A stretch of 63,610 nucleotides of DNA, filler included, from Reclinomonas americana ATCC 50394 (GCA_048213135.1; 17 parts of 17 records of this genome joined end to end with filler, not necessarily neighbours in it); one strand, 5' to 3'. Positions 1 through 12,542 are shown, counted from the whole stretch's first letter. Numbers and translations are program-made. Notes: generated by a model from the sequence alone, not told the origin.

Positions 1-1
1 T

Positions 2-1939
2 CTACTGTGCAGCCTGCGGAGCTGGCGGCTCCTCTTCCTCGACGGCTGGTGGTGGCGGTGGTGGCGGTGGTGGCACACCGCGTGACGGGCCAGCGCTGCC
101 GCTGCGCACCTTTCGCAGCACGTGATCGAGGCGCTCCACAAACAAGTCCAACTCGTGCTCGGTGGTGCCAATCGCGCAGGCTGCCGTAACGTATGTGCGT
201 TCGTACGAATCCGAGTGCATGCCGTAGCAGCGGAACTCGGTGCCGCTGATTTTCTTGGCGGGACTCGGTGCATTGACACTGTGGAGGAGGAGAAGGAATA
301 GGGGGTGAGCTGTGTGCGTGCACTCTGATGGAGATGCATGTGCGCGAACCGAGTGCCAGAGACCGCCTTGTAGTACAGATGGGAGCCGATCATCAGCGGT
401 TTGTCGACGTTGGACAGCGTCACACCTGTGCGGCGAGGAGAACTACAAGTCAGACGCTGATCACAGACTGGGCCACGCGGCAAGAGATGCGCACCGAGCG
501 AGATGGTATTGTGTGGCGTCTCTAGTACGCGCTCGCCATGTTCGGCGGCCAACGCCATCAGCTTGTCGCGCAGCTTCTCAAACAGGACCTGGTATAGAGC
601 AAGGAGGCTAAGCCATCGAAAGAACGGCGGATGCAGAGAGTGCAAGCGAGCACCTCGCGATCATGCAGCAGCTGCTCCAGGCCGCGCACACCCATGGACA
701 GCAGCGTGATGAATAGGTCGACCACTGGCGCCGCACTAGCCCGCCCTGTTGCTCACCGAGTGAGAACAACGTAGAAATGGCCTGTGCGTCTTTGTTTTGA
801 AGTCACCTGGGTACAACTGACTGACGGCCTGCACCAAGGAGGCGTCGGGCGAGGTAACAATGGCGCCGCCGACCGGCACCATGAAATTCTTGTCCGTGCT
901 CTGCACCACCGCGTCCACTCGACCGACACGACACGCCCGATTGAGCTTCTTCATGGACGACGCGCATTGCACGCCAAAGGCATTGTTGACGACGTGCGGC
1001 ACATCCAGTTCAGCGCACAGCCGCGCCACCTTGACGATGCGATCCGGACAGCGCGGCACAAACACCGAGTTGGTGGTGAAGATGCACAACACGCGCTCCG
1101 GCCCACCAGCCTCCTCGATGGCACGCCGAATGCCATCAACATCCGTCCGCACCTCGTCGCCCTCGATCCGATTCTCGACGACCACCGGCGTCAACCCGGC
1201 CGCCACCATGCACTTGAAGCAGGTCTTCTGGTCCACTCGCGGCCACACAATGTGCGTGGCCGTCGGCCGTCGCGCACGCAGCGCCAGAAACACCAGCGTC
1301 AGCGTCATGCCCGTGGCACACGGCACCACCAGCGCCGACTTTACAAACAAGCGATCGGCTGTTGCCGACAGACACGTGAGAGACACGTCGCACAAGGAGC
1401 AAGCTGGCACCCAACGCACCACCACAGATGCGCAGCGCATGCTCCGCCAGTCGCGATGTCAGCGCCTGAATCAACGACGATCCCGCGGCCTTGGGCTGAT
1501 CCGCACTCAGCTCGCCCGAGCGCCCAACTCCATGCGCCATCCCAAAGTGCCTCCGTCGCACCAACGAGCTATACACACGTGCCTCACGCTCGCCCACACC
1601 CACCGTCTCTGCATCCACGCCCATCACTCAGCAAGCGGGCGGGTACAGTGATCGCGTCTGTGAGAGACAAACCGAGTCCATTGTTGGCATCCAACATGGC
1701 AATCTCCTCCATCAGCAGCTGCACTGTGGCCTCGTCCCATCCCTCTGTCGGCATGCATCGCTGCGAGAGCAGAGTCTTGGCCAGTCGCTGGCGATTGCGA
1801 AGACTCTGTGATGCCTGCGTGTGCGTGTGTGTGTGTGTGAGCATGTGCGCGTGAGAGGGAGAGTGAGACAGCACACCTGTTCCACATAGTTGCGAGAGAC
1901 AAGCCCACCGGCGAGCTCGAGGAACTCTGGCGTGATCAT
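2..1939 (-). CDS. SEPSECS: O-phosphoseryl-tRNA(Sec) selenium transferase (SepSecS), multi-exon
   Basis: Exons give GVGEREARV, HGVGRSG..QPKAAGSS, VPCATGM, WPRVDQKTCFK, VVNNAFG and QSTDKNFMVPVGG (PLP lysine). ATG at 1939, TAG at 2-4, GT-AG introns. Confidence 0.95.
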
Positions 1940-2014
1940 TGAGTGCTGTGTTTTTCCGACTCAGTCAGTCAGTCAGTCAGTCGCACGTTGTATTATCTCA
2001 GCGTCTCAGTCTCG

Positions 2015-5000
2015 ATGCGCACTCCTCAGCTCCTCTTGCTGCTTGTGTGCCTCATCGCTGTTGCTGCTGCGGTCGTGTCAGCAGTCGTCGTCGACAACAA
2101 CAACAATGAGGATGACAGTGTTGGCGCCACTCGCACATTCACCATTGTCGGCAACTCGTTCTACAAGGACGGCCAGCCTGTGCGTGTAACAACATCAAAG
2201 AGAGAAGAGAGAGAGAGATGCATTCTCATGTGTCTCTCTCTCCATGTGCAGTTCCGCTTGATTGCAGGCTCATTCCATTACTGTTGCGTCCGTCTTTGTT
2301 GTTGTCTTCTTGCTTGTCTTCTGCTCACAAGGAAGTGCAGTCCGGTGCCCGCCTGAGCTATGGCTTGATCGTCTGCAAAAGATGAAGGCCGCTGGACTCA
2401 ATGCGGTTCGTGAGACACCGATGAATGTGCTGCTGGTCAGTTATTTTTACGTCTTCCCTTTGTAGGTGCAAACGTATGTCGCGTGGAATGTGGTACGTGG
2501 ATGCAACAATGTTTTCTACAACAGTGTGTCTCCCTCACTGTATCCTCTGTGCAGCATCAACCAACGTCGGCCATGTTTGACTTTTCTGGACCGGCTGACA
2601 TTGGGCACTTTATATCGCTGGCCTCGGTGTGTGTGTCGTCGCGCCTCCACATTAGTCGGTGCAGTCACTCATTCTTCACCATCAGCAAGCCGGCTTGCTG
2701 GTGATTCTGCGTCCGGGCCCGTACATTTGCGCCGAGTGGGACTTTGGCGGTCTGCCGTGGTGGCTGCTCAAGGACTCACCCGACATTCATCTGCGCTCCA
2801 GTGATCCGCGCTTCCTCAAGGTGTGCTTGGTGTCAACTGCAGCTCCCTCCGTGTGTGTGCACTCATCGCGTGTGTCCATCAGCCCGTCGGCACGTGGTTT
2901 GCCCAATTGTTCTCGCGGCTGTCGCCGTATGCGTATCAGCGTGGCGGAGCGATTGTCATGTGGTGCGTCATCATGCTCGACTCTCGCGCCCCTCGCAGGT
3001 GTTCACACGCATCGATGTGGCAGGCAAGTGGAGAACGAGTACGGCTTTTACGGGCGAGACAAGGCGTACCTCGAGTTCATTCGCGACACGTATCGCCAGT
3101 ACCTGCCCAGCGATGCCATTCTGTACTCCACCGACACGTACGGCGACTCGGTTCGTCTCCCACGCCCGTTGTGCGCGCATCGCCCACTCCACACTCACTG
3201 GGCCTTGCACGTGCACAGGAACTCGCTGCAACTCACATTGACGGAGTGTACCAAGTTGCGTTCGTTTCGGCGCCGTCGAGTGAGTAGCGCTGCCGACTCA
3301 TATCTCTCACTTTTCGCCCTTGTGCGTGCGCAGACAGTGGACTTTGGCACGAACGTTGACCCGGCGGTGGCATTCAGCCATCAGCGCAAGTTTGAGCCGC
3401 AAGGCCCGCTGATGAATTCTGAGTTTTACACTGGCTGGTCAGTTGACTGTTCGTAGTTGTTCATGCTTTGTTCGTGGACACTCATCGCTGTGCACGTCAC
3501 AGGCTGACGCACTATGGAGAGCAGGTGTGTGCATGTTCTTGTGGAGTGCGCAGCTTGTCGCTGCCGGCGACTCATGTGTTATTGTTTGATGTTGTTGCTG
3601 CAGTGGGCGCATGTTGACACCGACAAGGTAGTCAGTGGACTCGATGGCATCCTGGCTCTCAACGGTGCGTGAGAGTGACTCTCGATCCCGTGCTGGCGGA
3701 CGAAAAACTGACTTGTGCATCGCAGCGAGTGTCAACCACTACATGTTCTTTGGCGGTCTGTGTCTCGCCGAGCGCTTCTCGTAGCCACAGCTGGCTCTCA
3801 TTGTTTGATTGCAGGCACTAACTTTGGCTGGTGGAACGGCGCCAACACGGGCGGTGGTAACGAGGACCCGACGAACCTGCAGGTGAGTGTGTGTGTTGTA
3901 TTTCTTCCCCCCCCCCCCCCAACCGACTCACTCTGACCGTCTTCACACAGCCGGTGGTCACCTCGTACGGTACAGTCTTTCGTCACGCAAAAAAGTGAGT
4001 GTGCTCCACTGTGCTGCTGACCGCATGCACCATGCAGATTACGACGCTCCTCTCGATGAGATGGGCAACCCGTCGGACAAGTACGTCGCCATCCGCAAGC
4101 TGCTCTCCGAAAAGTACCAGCAACCCGTCGGACCCATCCCCACTCCTGCCCCGGTCGGCCACTATGGCACGGTGAAATTCACGCAAATGGCGGCTCTATG
4201 GGACGCGCTTCCGGCGTTCAGTTCGATCAAGTCGGGCACTGTTGCGCGCTGGCACTGAGCATCGCCGAGAAGGCGCAGAGTTCTCACTGTCGCCCATTTT
4301 CGCAGACCATGACCATGGAGCAAGCTGGGCAAGGCTACGGTTTCATCCTGTACCGCAGCACCATCCCGAGCAGCGGTCGTCTGTGGATCGACGAGTGTCG
4401 CGATCGATGCCAGGTGTGCATGCGTGCTCGACGGACGCTGCGCAACTGTCTCTCACTTCTGCACTTCTGCAGACCTTTGTCGACACCGTTCCCGGACCGA
4501 TTGTCACACGCAACGACAACGCGACCTCTGCCGTGAACTTGGTACGCTCGCCAGAGGAGAGATTTGTAAAGGAGACTAATTTCTCATTCGCTCTCCCACA
4601 GAATGTGACGCCGGGCCACACGTCGGCGACGCTGGATGTGCTTGTCGAGAACATGGGTCGGTGAGTGAGTGCCATGAAGGAGATAGGGAATTGCACGCCG
4701 TTGCTGACGATTTGCGGCAGTGTCAACTTTGGTCCGTGGATGAACGACCCCAAGGGAATCACGCAAGGTCTCAACTTCAACGGGCAGTTCCTCAGCGACA
4801 TCACCATTGTGCCGATGCCCATCACGGCCGATCAACTCTCCAAAATCCCGTTCTCGCCCGCCACCGGCCCCCTCAATGTTCCCGCATTCTACAAGGGCAC
4901 GTTCACCGTGTCGGGTACTCCGCTGGTGAGTGGAGCGCTCTTCCCCTTCCCTTCCCTTTCCCCCACCCCTTGCTCACACTTGCACAGGATGCGTTCCTGG

Positions 5001-5279
5001 TCATGATTCCCGGCTGGGAAAAGGGCTCAGTGTTTGTCAATGGTTTCAACTTGGGTCGCTACTGGAAGGCAAGTGCACGCATCGCGAGAAAGAGAAGAGC
5101 GAGAAGAAGAAGGAGAAAATGCCTCTCTCATGGGAATATCTAAACTGCGCTATGTGCCTGCACAGGTCGGTCCGCAGACCAAGTTGTACGTGCCGCGTAC
5201 ATTGCTGCGCACCGGTTCCAACGACGTCATTGTGTTCGAGACGGAGCAACCGGCGCTGCTGCAGGCGTCGTTTGTCTGA
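2015..5279 (+). CDS. Secreted/lysosomal GH35 beta-galactosidase, about 20 or more introns
   Basis: Signal peptide MRTPQLLLLLVCLIAV. Motifs GSFHY, RLQKMKAAGLNAVQTYVAWN, ILRPGPYICAEWDFGGLPWWL, QVENEYG (acid/base), MNSEFYTGW (nucleophile), YMFFGGTNFG, TSYDYDAPL and NGFNLGRYW.VGPQ. Confidence 0.95.
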
Positions 5280-5361
5280 ACAGAGACGAAAAGAGAAAAC
5301 TCTCAAAAAAAGCGTAGTATACATCATGCGCCCTGCTGCTCTCTTGCGCCACCATAATCTC

Positions 5362-7601
5362 TCACACGGCGCCAACAACCGCCATGGCGGTAACCCCGTT
5401 GGCTGCCGGTGCATTGATCTCAGTGGCATCAGTGGTTGCTGACGGTTCTTCTGGCATCGTCGTGGCGGCTGCTGCTGCGGCTGCTGCGGCTCTTGCTGCC
5501 GCACCAGCCTTCTTTGTCTTCCTGCGCACGACCTTGTACGCAAAGGTCCACTGCGCGTTCTGGCGCGCAAGTCCCACCGCCAGGCTCACTCCGTCGCGCA
5601 CCAACAACTTCTCTCGGTCCTGCGTTGGAGGAGAAGAGCAGTGAGGTTCCTGGATTGCATCGCTTCGCCATGGTCATCCAGGGGTTACACGCTCACCTCA
5701 CACGCAGGCTCGTGCTTCTCGTCGTACACAAACACGGCCATCTGGTGGTGGAAGCGCACAGCGTGGCGAGTGTCCTTCATCAGTGCCCCTGCGGCAGTCT
5801 CAATGACCGATGTGCTGGCCGATCGCGAGAGTGCCGGACGACGCGGTGACGGGTTGGTGGCCGCAGTCGCAGCACGTGGCGACACGCGCGGTGAGATTTG
5901 CACTGTCGTGGCCGACGACGGTGGCATGCCCGACGCGATCTCGGTTGGCGACAAGTCGATCGTACCGTCCGACGAGTGTCGCAGCCCGATGCGGTTCAGC
6001 AACGCGCGGCTGCCACCTGCAACGTTACGCATGTGGCGTGTGAGGAGAGTGGCACAAACAACGAGTGAGCAGCGGCACTCAGGCGGTGCGGACACACCTC
6101 GGCGGAGCTTGGACTTGCGTGTCATGAGGGGCGCAGCGACGGCGGTCATGCGAAGGGCGGAACGTGGTGACGGCTCCTCGCTGGCCTCCGTCGTGGTCAG
6201 AGCGACCGGCGTCGTGAGCGGGGCGGGATCGGCAGAGCTCGACAGCGAAGGCGAGCTCTTGGACGAGGCGCTGGCGCTGCGACGATGTGCGGTGCGACCC
6301 CGTTGATTAGCCGTCGCAGAGCTCGGTGCAACGCGTGGTGAGAGACCGCGTCCCACCACCGTGTACTGGTTCTCGTCGGTGGTTTCCTTGTCGTCGCGCG
6401 CTCGCTTCTCGACCAGACGAACCCGAGGTGCCAGTGGTTCGCTTATCTTTGGTGCTGTGATGAGAGAGAGACGGTGAGACTCGCGTGACGAGAGAAGGCT
6501 ACTCGTTGCACCAGTGCACGCACCACCGGCAAGGCGATTATTGGTAGTTGGCATGATGGTGTTGTGGTTGATGTCGCCCACTGGCGAAATCTCCATCTCC
6601 GTGACCTGCGAAATCGGCGCACTCTCCTCGATCACCTTCATCGCCGGAGTGGCTTCCGGTGACGGCGAACGAGAGCGGCGTGCCAGCAAGCCGGCCTCGT
6701 CCACCATGCGTGCCAGCGCGGCGCCGAGACCAGCCAAACTCTGCGCCGGCTCCTCGTCGTCGTCCGACAGCACTTCCCGATCGCCGACCTCACTCTCCGT
6801 GCTCGTCGACAGCATGGCTCGAGTTGGCGACGCGCCACCAGGGCGCACATTCTCCTTGTCGATCGACACATCCCCGTCTGCGCCGGTGAGCGCCGCATCG
6901 CTCGAGGCCAGGTTCCACACCACCGGCTGGGTGTTGTGGTGGGTTCGCGGAGGCAGCTTCACTGGCGACGGCGAGTAGGCCGTGGGATCGGTCGACTTGA
7001 TGCTGCTCACTGTGCGAATGCCACAGCCGCTGCCGCTGCTGACGCCGCCAAAGCCAGCAGAGAGGCCGCCAAACTGGTCGGCATCGGTCTGCAGACTGTT
7101 GCTGTTGTCGGCGCTGGTGATCACTCGGCGGAACGGTGCACGACGACCGACGCCACTCGTGAGTACACGCGAGCCCGACAGACGTCGCTGGAACAAGGTC
7201 GGTGCACCGTTGACACCACCACCCGTGTTGTTTGCCGTGGGGACGGGATGCCTGTCGATTGCAACTGTCGGGAAAAAGGCACTCCAGCAACACACTCTCT
7301 CTCTCTCTGCAACCACGTACCGTTCGCTGCTGGGTGCACGCTTAAAGTAGCCGAGTGGAACGCGGCGCGGTGATGCATCAAACGACTGCTGTGCACGGAG
7401 CGGTGAGCGTCGGGTGCGCGAAAACGACCTTTGTGTGTGTGTGCAACTGCCTACCTCGGTGTCAATAAAGAGCGCAGGCTCGCCGAGCACGGCCGCCACA
7501 TCGGCCATCAGTTCGGGGCTGAGGTCCGACTCGTCACCCGCGCCAGCATCATGGGCGGTGGTGGTGGAGGAGGAGGTCTTCTGGGGAGAAAAGAAAGGCA
7601 T
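5362..7601 (-). CDS. Low-complexity S/T/P/R-rich protein of unknown function; start uncertain
   Basis: Long open frame from MPFFSPQK (7601). An intron GTGAGC...ATCCAG near 5650-5696 joins it to the last exon (..QWTFAYKVVRR..). No recognisable folded domain. Confidence 0.55.
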
Positions 7602-8431
7602 GAGCGATGGAGGAGGTGAAGAAGGAGAAGGACAACTGGCGCTGCACACGCACCACAAACGGTGCTGCAGCTCCGCGTTGAGAGACAAGAGAGCGACGGC
7701 GCATGCTGGCCACGGCAGCCGCCGGTTGTCGCATGGCAGCGACAGGAACCACCGTGTTGGACTCCAACACCGATGGCTTGCTTCGACGAGCGCCCATGAG
7801 ATTGTTGTGCAGTTGTTGTCAAAAGCTGTGTTCTGTGTGCGTGCGGGTGTGTAGGGAGGGAGTGAGTGAGTGAGTGAGTGATAGAAAGGGGTGAATGTGA
7901 GAGGAACGGGAGTGCGGTGGCACTCACCGGCGACTGGCGAGTGCCCCCGTCTCTTTCTCTCTCCTCTTCTCTCCTCCGACTGTTTGGAAAATGTGTGAAT
8001 GCGAGCGCAACGGGAGAACCGTCGGCGTGTGATGTGTGTGCAGTATGTGTGGTGGTGGTGTGGGTGGGTGGGCACGGAAGAGTGCTGTGCGTGTGTGTGG
8101 AGTTTGTGCGTCGGTTGATTTTTCCTCTCTCGCCTAATCAATGAAAATCTTCTAGACAAGCCAATTGTCCGCGAAGAAGACAACTTGAGTTGATTGGCAT
8201 GAGCACGGCCGTGCAGCGCGAGACCAGTGAATCAGGAGTGAGCATGGGCTTGGTGCATTGTTTCTCGCTGTGCGGCCCCCGATCAGTGGCTGCCACAGTG
8301 TTGAAATCACAACTACTACGGCACCACCACTGCTTTTGCTTTGCTTGCTTCACGGATCCGGACCCGGCTTTGCTTTGTTTGCCTGGCTATGGCCTTTTCC
8401 CGGATTCGATGTGCCGTGTTTGATCGCAGAA

Positions 8432-8531
8432 NNNNNNNNNNNNNNNNNNNNNNNNNNNNNNNNNNNNNNNNNNNNTTAATTAATTAANNNNNNNNNNNNN
8501 NNNNNNNNNNNNNNNNNNNNNNNNNNNNNNN
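8432..8531. other. Artificial contig spacer (first of 16)
   Basis: N-run + TTAATTAATTAA (stops in all six frames) + N-run. The others start near 12794, 16059, 18398, 20054, 27866, 29740, 32596, 34672, 37013, 39366, 41810, 43963, 48623, 50936 and 53056. Confidence 0.99.
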
Positions 8532-8620
8532 GTAAGCGTTTGTGTTCCTGGGAAGTTAAAAGAGTCGGTGACTGATGAGACTCTCTCGCTTGCCTCTTGT
8601 GCGTGTGTGTGTGTGCGCAG

Positions 8621-10436
8621 CAATTTCCCACCTGTGCGAGTTCATCGAAGACTGCGAGTTCCCGGTCCTGTGCCAGCGTGTGTTGCACTTGCTGGGACGG
8701 GAGATTCCGACCATCTCCAATCCTGCCCGTTGCATTCGGTTCCTGTACAATCGGTGCGCCACTTCTCACCATTCCTTGTGCGTGCTATGAACTCACTCCA
8801 CGTGTTTACCGACGTGTAGTGTGATTCTGGAGACGCCCAGCGTGCGTGCTGCTGCCGTGTCGGCGCTCGCTCGTGTGGCAGCCGCATGTCGCGATTTGCG
8901 AAAGTCGATTGTCTCGTTGCTGAGAAAGTGCGTGTTTTTGTTCCGCCACATTTTCCGCCGTTGTTGCTAACTCGCTGCACGGTCCTTTAGATGTCTGTAC
9001 GACTCTGACGACGAAGTGCGCGATCGGGCCAACTACTCGGTGTACTTCTTGTCACAAGACGAGGCCACCATCAAGCAGTACCTGATTGATGCGTTCCCGG
9101 TGCCACTTGGCGCCTTTGAGATCGGTCTGCGCGAGCAGGCGACTCGTGGCCAACCATTCGACATGGACGCCATCCAAGCCAATCAAGCCGTGTACAGTGA
9201 GTCGAGCACAGCAGCACATTTGCAAAACAAAATGCACGATTTGACACTCACCTCGCGCCTCATTGCAGCGGCCATGGCCGAGAGCTCAGGTATTGGAGCA
9301 GAGCCGTCGGCGGCACCGGCAAGTGTTGCTGGTGGCGTGGCTGCCCTGGCCTCCGGCGCCGCTGGCGGTGCTGGCAAGAACGCACCTGCGGGAGCTGCGG
9401 CAAGTGGCGTGCCGACGGTCAATCCGTACCTGGAGGTGTTGGCGGCTGTTCCGGAACTCAGGGCACTCGGTCCGCCAGTGTTGTCGACCGAGCCTGCAGC
9501 GCTGACACCCGACGAGACCGAGTACGTGGTCACGGTGGTGAAGCACCTCTTCCGCGAGCACGTGGTCTTCCAGTTCAACTGCCGCAACACAGTCGACACA
9601 ATACGGCTCGACAATGTCGAGGTGGTGATGGAGGAGGCGGAGGTGGATGGATTGGCCAAGGTGCGTCGTTCTCTCTCTCTCTCTCTCTTGCTCTCCTCTA
9701 TAACGCGCTGCTGACGTGTGCGGTGTTTGGCTCGGCAGATGTTTGCGGTGCCCATCCCCGCACTGGCGTACAGCGACACCTCATTGCCGTCGTTTGTGTG
9801 CTTCCGTATCACCGACATGTCGCAGCTGCCGACCGGACGCTTCTCCAACGCGCTCAAATACGTGATGAAGGAGGTTGATTCGAGCGGAGACGTCGAGGAG
9901 GACGGCTACGATGACGAGTACCCGGTGAGCGAGTGGGCGTCTCTCTCTGTTGTTTGCGCGTTTGCGCTGTCCTCACGGAATCGGGTGGCAGATTGACGAG
10001 GTGGACTTGTCGTTTGCGGACTTTGTGGTCGGCTGCTCGATCTCCAACTTTGAGACCGTGTGGGAGGAGATGAGTGAGCACTCGGCCACGGAGACCCTCA
10101 CTCTGTCCTCCATGAAGACAGTGGACGAGGCAGTCAAGGCGGTCAGCGACATTCTGGGCATGCGACCGCAGGAGAACTCGGGCACCGTGCCGCGTGACGC
10201 CCGAACGCACATCCTGCTGCTGGCCGGCCGCTACCTCAACGCTTCACTGGCTCTGGTGCACGCGCACATTTTCTACGACCAAACTGGTGAGTGCGGTGGT
10301 GCGCTGGGGAGAAACAAAAGACACGCGACTCACTTCCTCGGTCTCTCCTCACTCTCCAGGTGAAGTCAGCATGGAGATCAATGTGCGCTCGCGAACGGCA
10401 GAAGTGACGCAGGCCGTGTTGCAAGCAATTGTGTAA
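8621..10436 (+). CDS. COPG: Coatomer gamma subunit, 3' part (5' end cut by contig edge)
   Basis: HLCEFIEDCEF, RFLYNRVILE..VRAAAVSALA, D.DDEVRDRA, ETEYVVTVVKHLF, FQFNCRNT, GYDDEY and appendage C-terminus. TAA at 10434-10436. Confidence 0.93.
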
Positions 10437-10566
10437 TCAGGAGAAAAGCAGAGCCGAAACAGCCAAAAAAATAGCAGCAGCAGAGAGACACTCGACGTTC
10501 ATGAAGGGTGTGAAGTGTGCGCAATCTCAATCACAAGTCCCACGAGTCATTTTTTCTTCGTTGATC

Positions 10567-11176
10567 ATGGCGGAGAATGAGGCCGCATCGGTGGAGAAGA
10601 AGCTCAACACGATTCGCAAGCGCTTTGAGGACGGCAAGATGAAGGCCTTTGGTGCGACAAGAGAGAGAGACAGTGTGTGTATATTGTGACACATTGTGTT
10701 GACAACGTGGCGTGTTGTTGCAGGTGGAAGTCGCGGCAACGCAGAGACGCAAACCATGAACAAAATCGAAGAGATCAGAAGGAAGCAGGTGCTGCTCACC
10801 GCCAAGTACATCACCATTCAGAACAAGTTGCGGAGGGGAGAGAGAGAGAGAGACGGAATGAGTGTGTGTGTGTGTGTGTGCTCATTCACACAAACACAGG
10901 GCTACTGCACCCGATGCGCGTGGTCGCAGCGGTGTGTCACATCGCGCAGAGGACGAGTCGTTTGAGGACTTTGGACCGGATCAGTTTGAGAAGCTGTTCG
11001 CCGCCTTCCAGGAGAAGGAGCGAGAGATCGATCGCAGCGTCGTCTCTCAGTTGCACAAGGTCGGCGAGCAAATGTTGCGTTCTGTGTGCACATCACTCCC
11101 CTCCTATCGCCTCCCCTCACTCCAAGCCGCTTGTAGCAAGGACTGCTTCCCGTCCAGATACTCGGGCGAGGAATGA
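10567..11176 (+). CDS. Small coiled-coil protein, CCDC28/DUF4061-like, multi-exon
   Basis: Spliced product MAENEAASVEKKLNTIRKRFEDGKMKAFGG..MNKIEEIRRKQVLL resembles the CCDC28 pattern F..G(K/R)L.AFG...E.VR..QE.L as I recall it. Confidence 0.5.
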
Positions 11177-11213
11177 GCGCATTGTACAGCATTGTTATCT
11201 CTTGTTTAATTGT

Positions 11214-12542
11214 TCATGGAGGTAGTGGCAGCTGGCAGTTCAGGTCGATGGCCTCGCGCCACCCTCGCTCTCGAAAGTACGAGGAGAACGGGTGGTGGAT
11301 GAGTGCACGCGAGGCGTGCTCCGCATTGCGCCCTGAATCGTTAAAGTACTGCAGAGCGACGACAGTATCGTCGTTCGACGATGGCCACGGTTGGCACCAC
11401 AAGTTGGGACCCCACAATTCGGCCTCTTGCGGGTGGCCGCACATGTTCGAGTGGCCAGGCAGTCGGCGCTCCTCCATGACTTGCGGGAAGCACTTGTCGC
11501 AATCCGGCTGAGCCTGCATCGCACAACTGTGATTCACGGGCCGCGAGGGAGCAACCGACACCACTGTACCTCGTTGCAGCCGTTGCATACGTCGTGATAG
11601 AGGTATTGCTTGCCGAGTGGCGTGGACCTCAACTCCTGCAACTGCATGGCGAGTGTCACGCATCTGCACTCCCAAGAGTATCGTCTCACAAATGCTCACC
11701 ACGTGGTGGTTGAAGGCCACCTGATCCGACTCGCGCCCTTGCCACGCATCCGGCCGTGCGACGATCTCGTTGTGCCACTCGATTAGAAATCTCTCCGCAA
11801 ATGGCGCCCGTCGGAAGCCCAGCACGCCCGCGTTGATGTAGCGCCCGGCCTGAAACACCACCGACGCACTGGACTTCGCCTCGAAGAAGCGCGACAACGG
11901 CGTCGCACAGGCCACAGCCGGCGAGGCGAACCACAGATCGCTGTCGACCCACAGCACTCGATCGTGTGCGCGCAAGTTGAGCACGTGCGCCACCGCCACC
12001 GCCTTTTCAAAGAACAGGCGCGTCACACCACCGGCGCCAGTCCACACGCCCTCCGGCACCCACGCGTACACCTCGCACTGATGATGGTGACAGTACGACA
12101 ACCAGTTGCGCCACGCCGCCGGTGCCGCACTCTTCTCCGCATACTCTACACTCGTGAACATGGTCACCAGTGGCACCTCTCTTGTCCACATCGGCTGCCC
12201 GTCCCAGCTGCGCGCTGCAGCACTGCCCTCCTCCACCAAACGCCACAGTCGACAGGCAGCAGGCACCGTCTGCGCGTGAGGCCACACACGAGGAGGATGA
12301 TCAGTGTCGTCCACATCGCGTTGCACCACCAGACGACACTGGCGATGTGTGGCACTCAGAAGCGGGAGTGTGTGCTTTGGCAGCAGCGAGGCCGCAAAGA
12401 GAGAGTGCTCGTCGATCGCAGACATCGTCGATGGCCGCAAGTAGAAATGCAACAGCGTGGCACTCAGCAGCAACATGACGATCGTGATGGCACGCAGCCA
12501 CACGGACAGTGCACCGGGAGGCGACGCCGAGGGGACGCGCAT
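11214..12542 (-). CDS. Type II membrane glycosyltransferase, GT34/MNN10-like, apparently intronless
   Basis: N-terminal TM helix (WLRAITIVMLLLSATLLHFYL), YCHHH, FEK, DxD motif VLWVDSD, INAGV and DQ.AF. Confidence 0.75.
   Translation of the reverse strand: MRVPSASPPGALSVWLRAITIVMLLLSATLLHFYLRPSTMSAIDEHSLFAASLLPKHTLPLLSATHRQCRLVVQRDVDDTDHPPRVWPHAQTVPAACRLWRLVEEGSAAARSWDGQPMWTREVPLVTMFTSVEYAEKSAAPAAWRNWLSYCHHHQCEVYAWVPEGVWTGAGGVTRLFFEKAVAVAHVLNLRAHDRVLWVDSDLWFASPAVACATPLSRFFEAKSSASVVFQAGRYINAGVLGFRRAPFAERFLIEWHNEIVARPDAWQGRESDQVAFNHHVVSICETILLGVQMRDTRHAVAGVEVHATRQAIPLSRRMQRLQRGTVVSVAPSRPVNHSCAMQAQPDCDKCFPQVMEERRLPGHSNMCGHPQEAELWGPNLWCQPWPSSNDDTVVALQYFNDSGRNAEHASRALIHHPFSSYFRERGWREAIDLNCQLPLPP

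Noticed and set aside
7602..8183. N-terminal ~190 aa of the 832-aa ORF
   Set aside because: It is translated CA/CT-rich UTR- or intron-like sequence from a non-ATG start.
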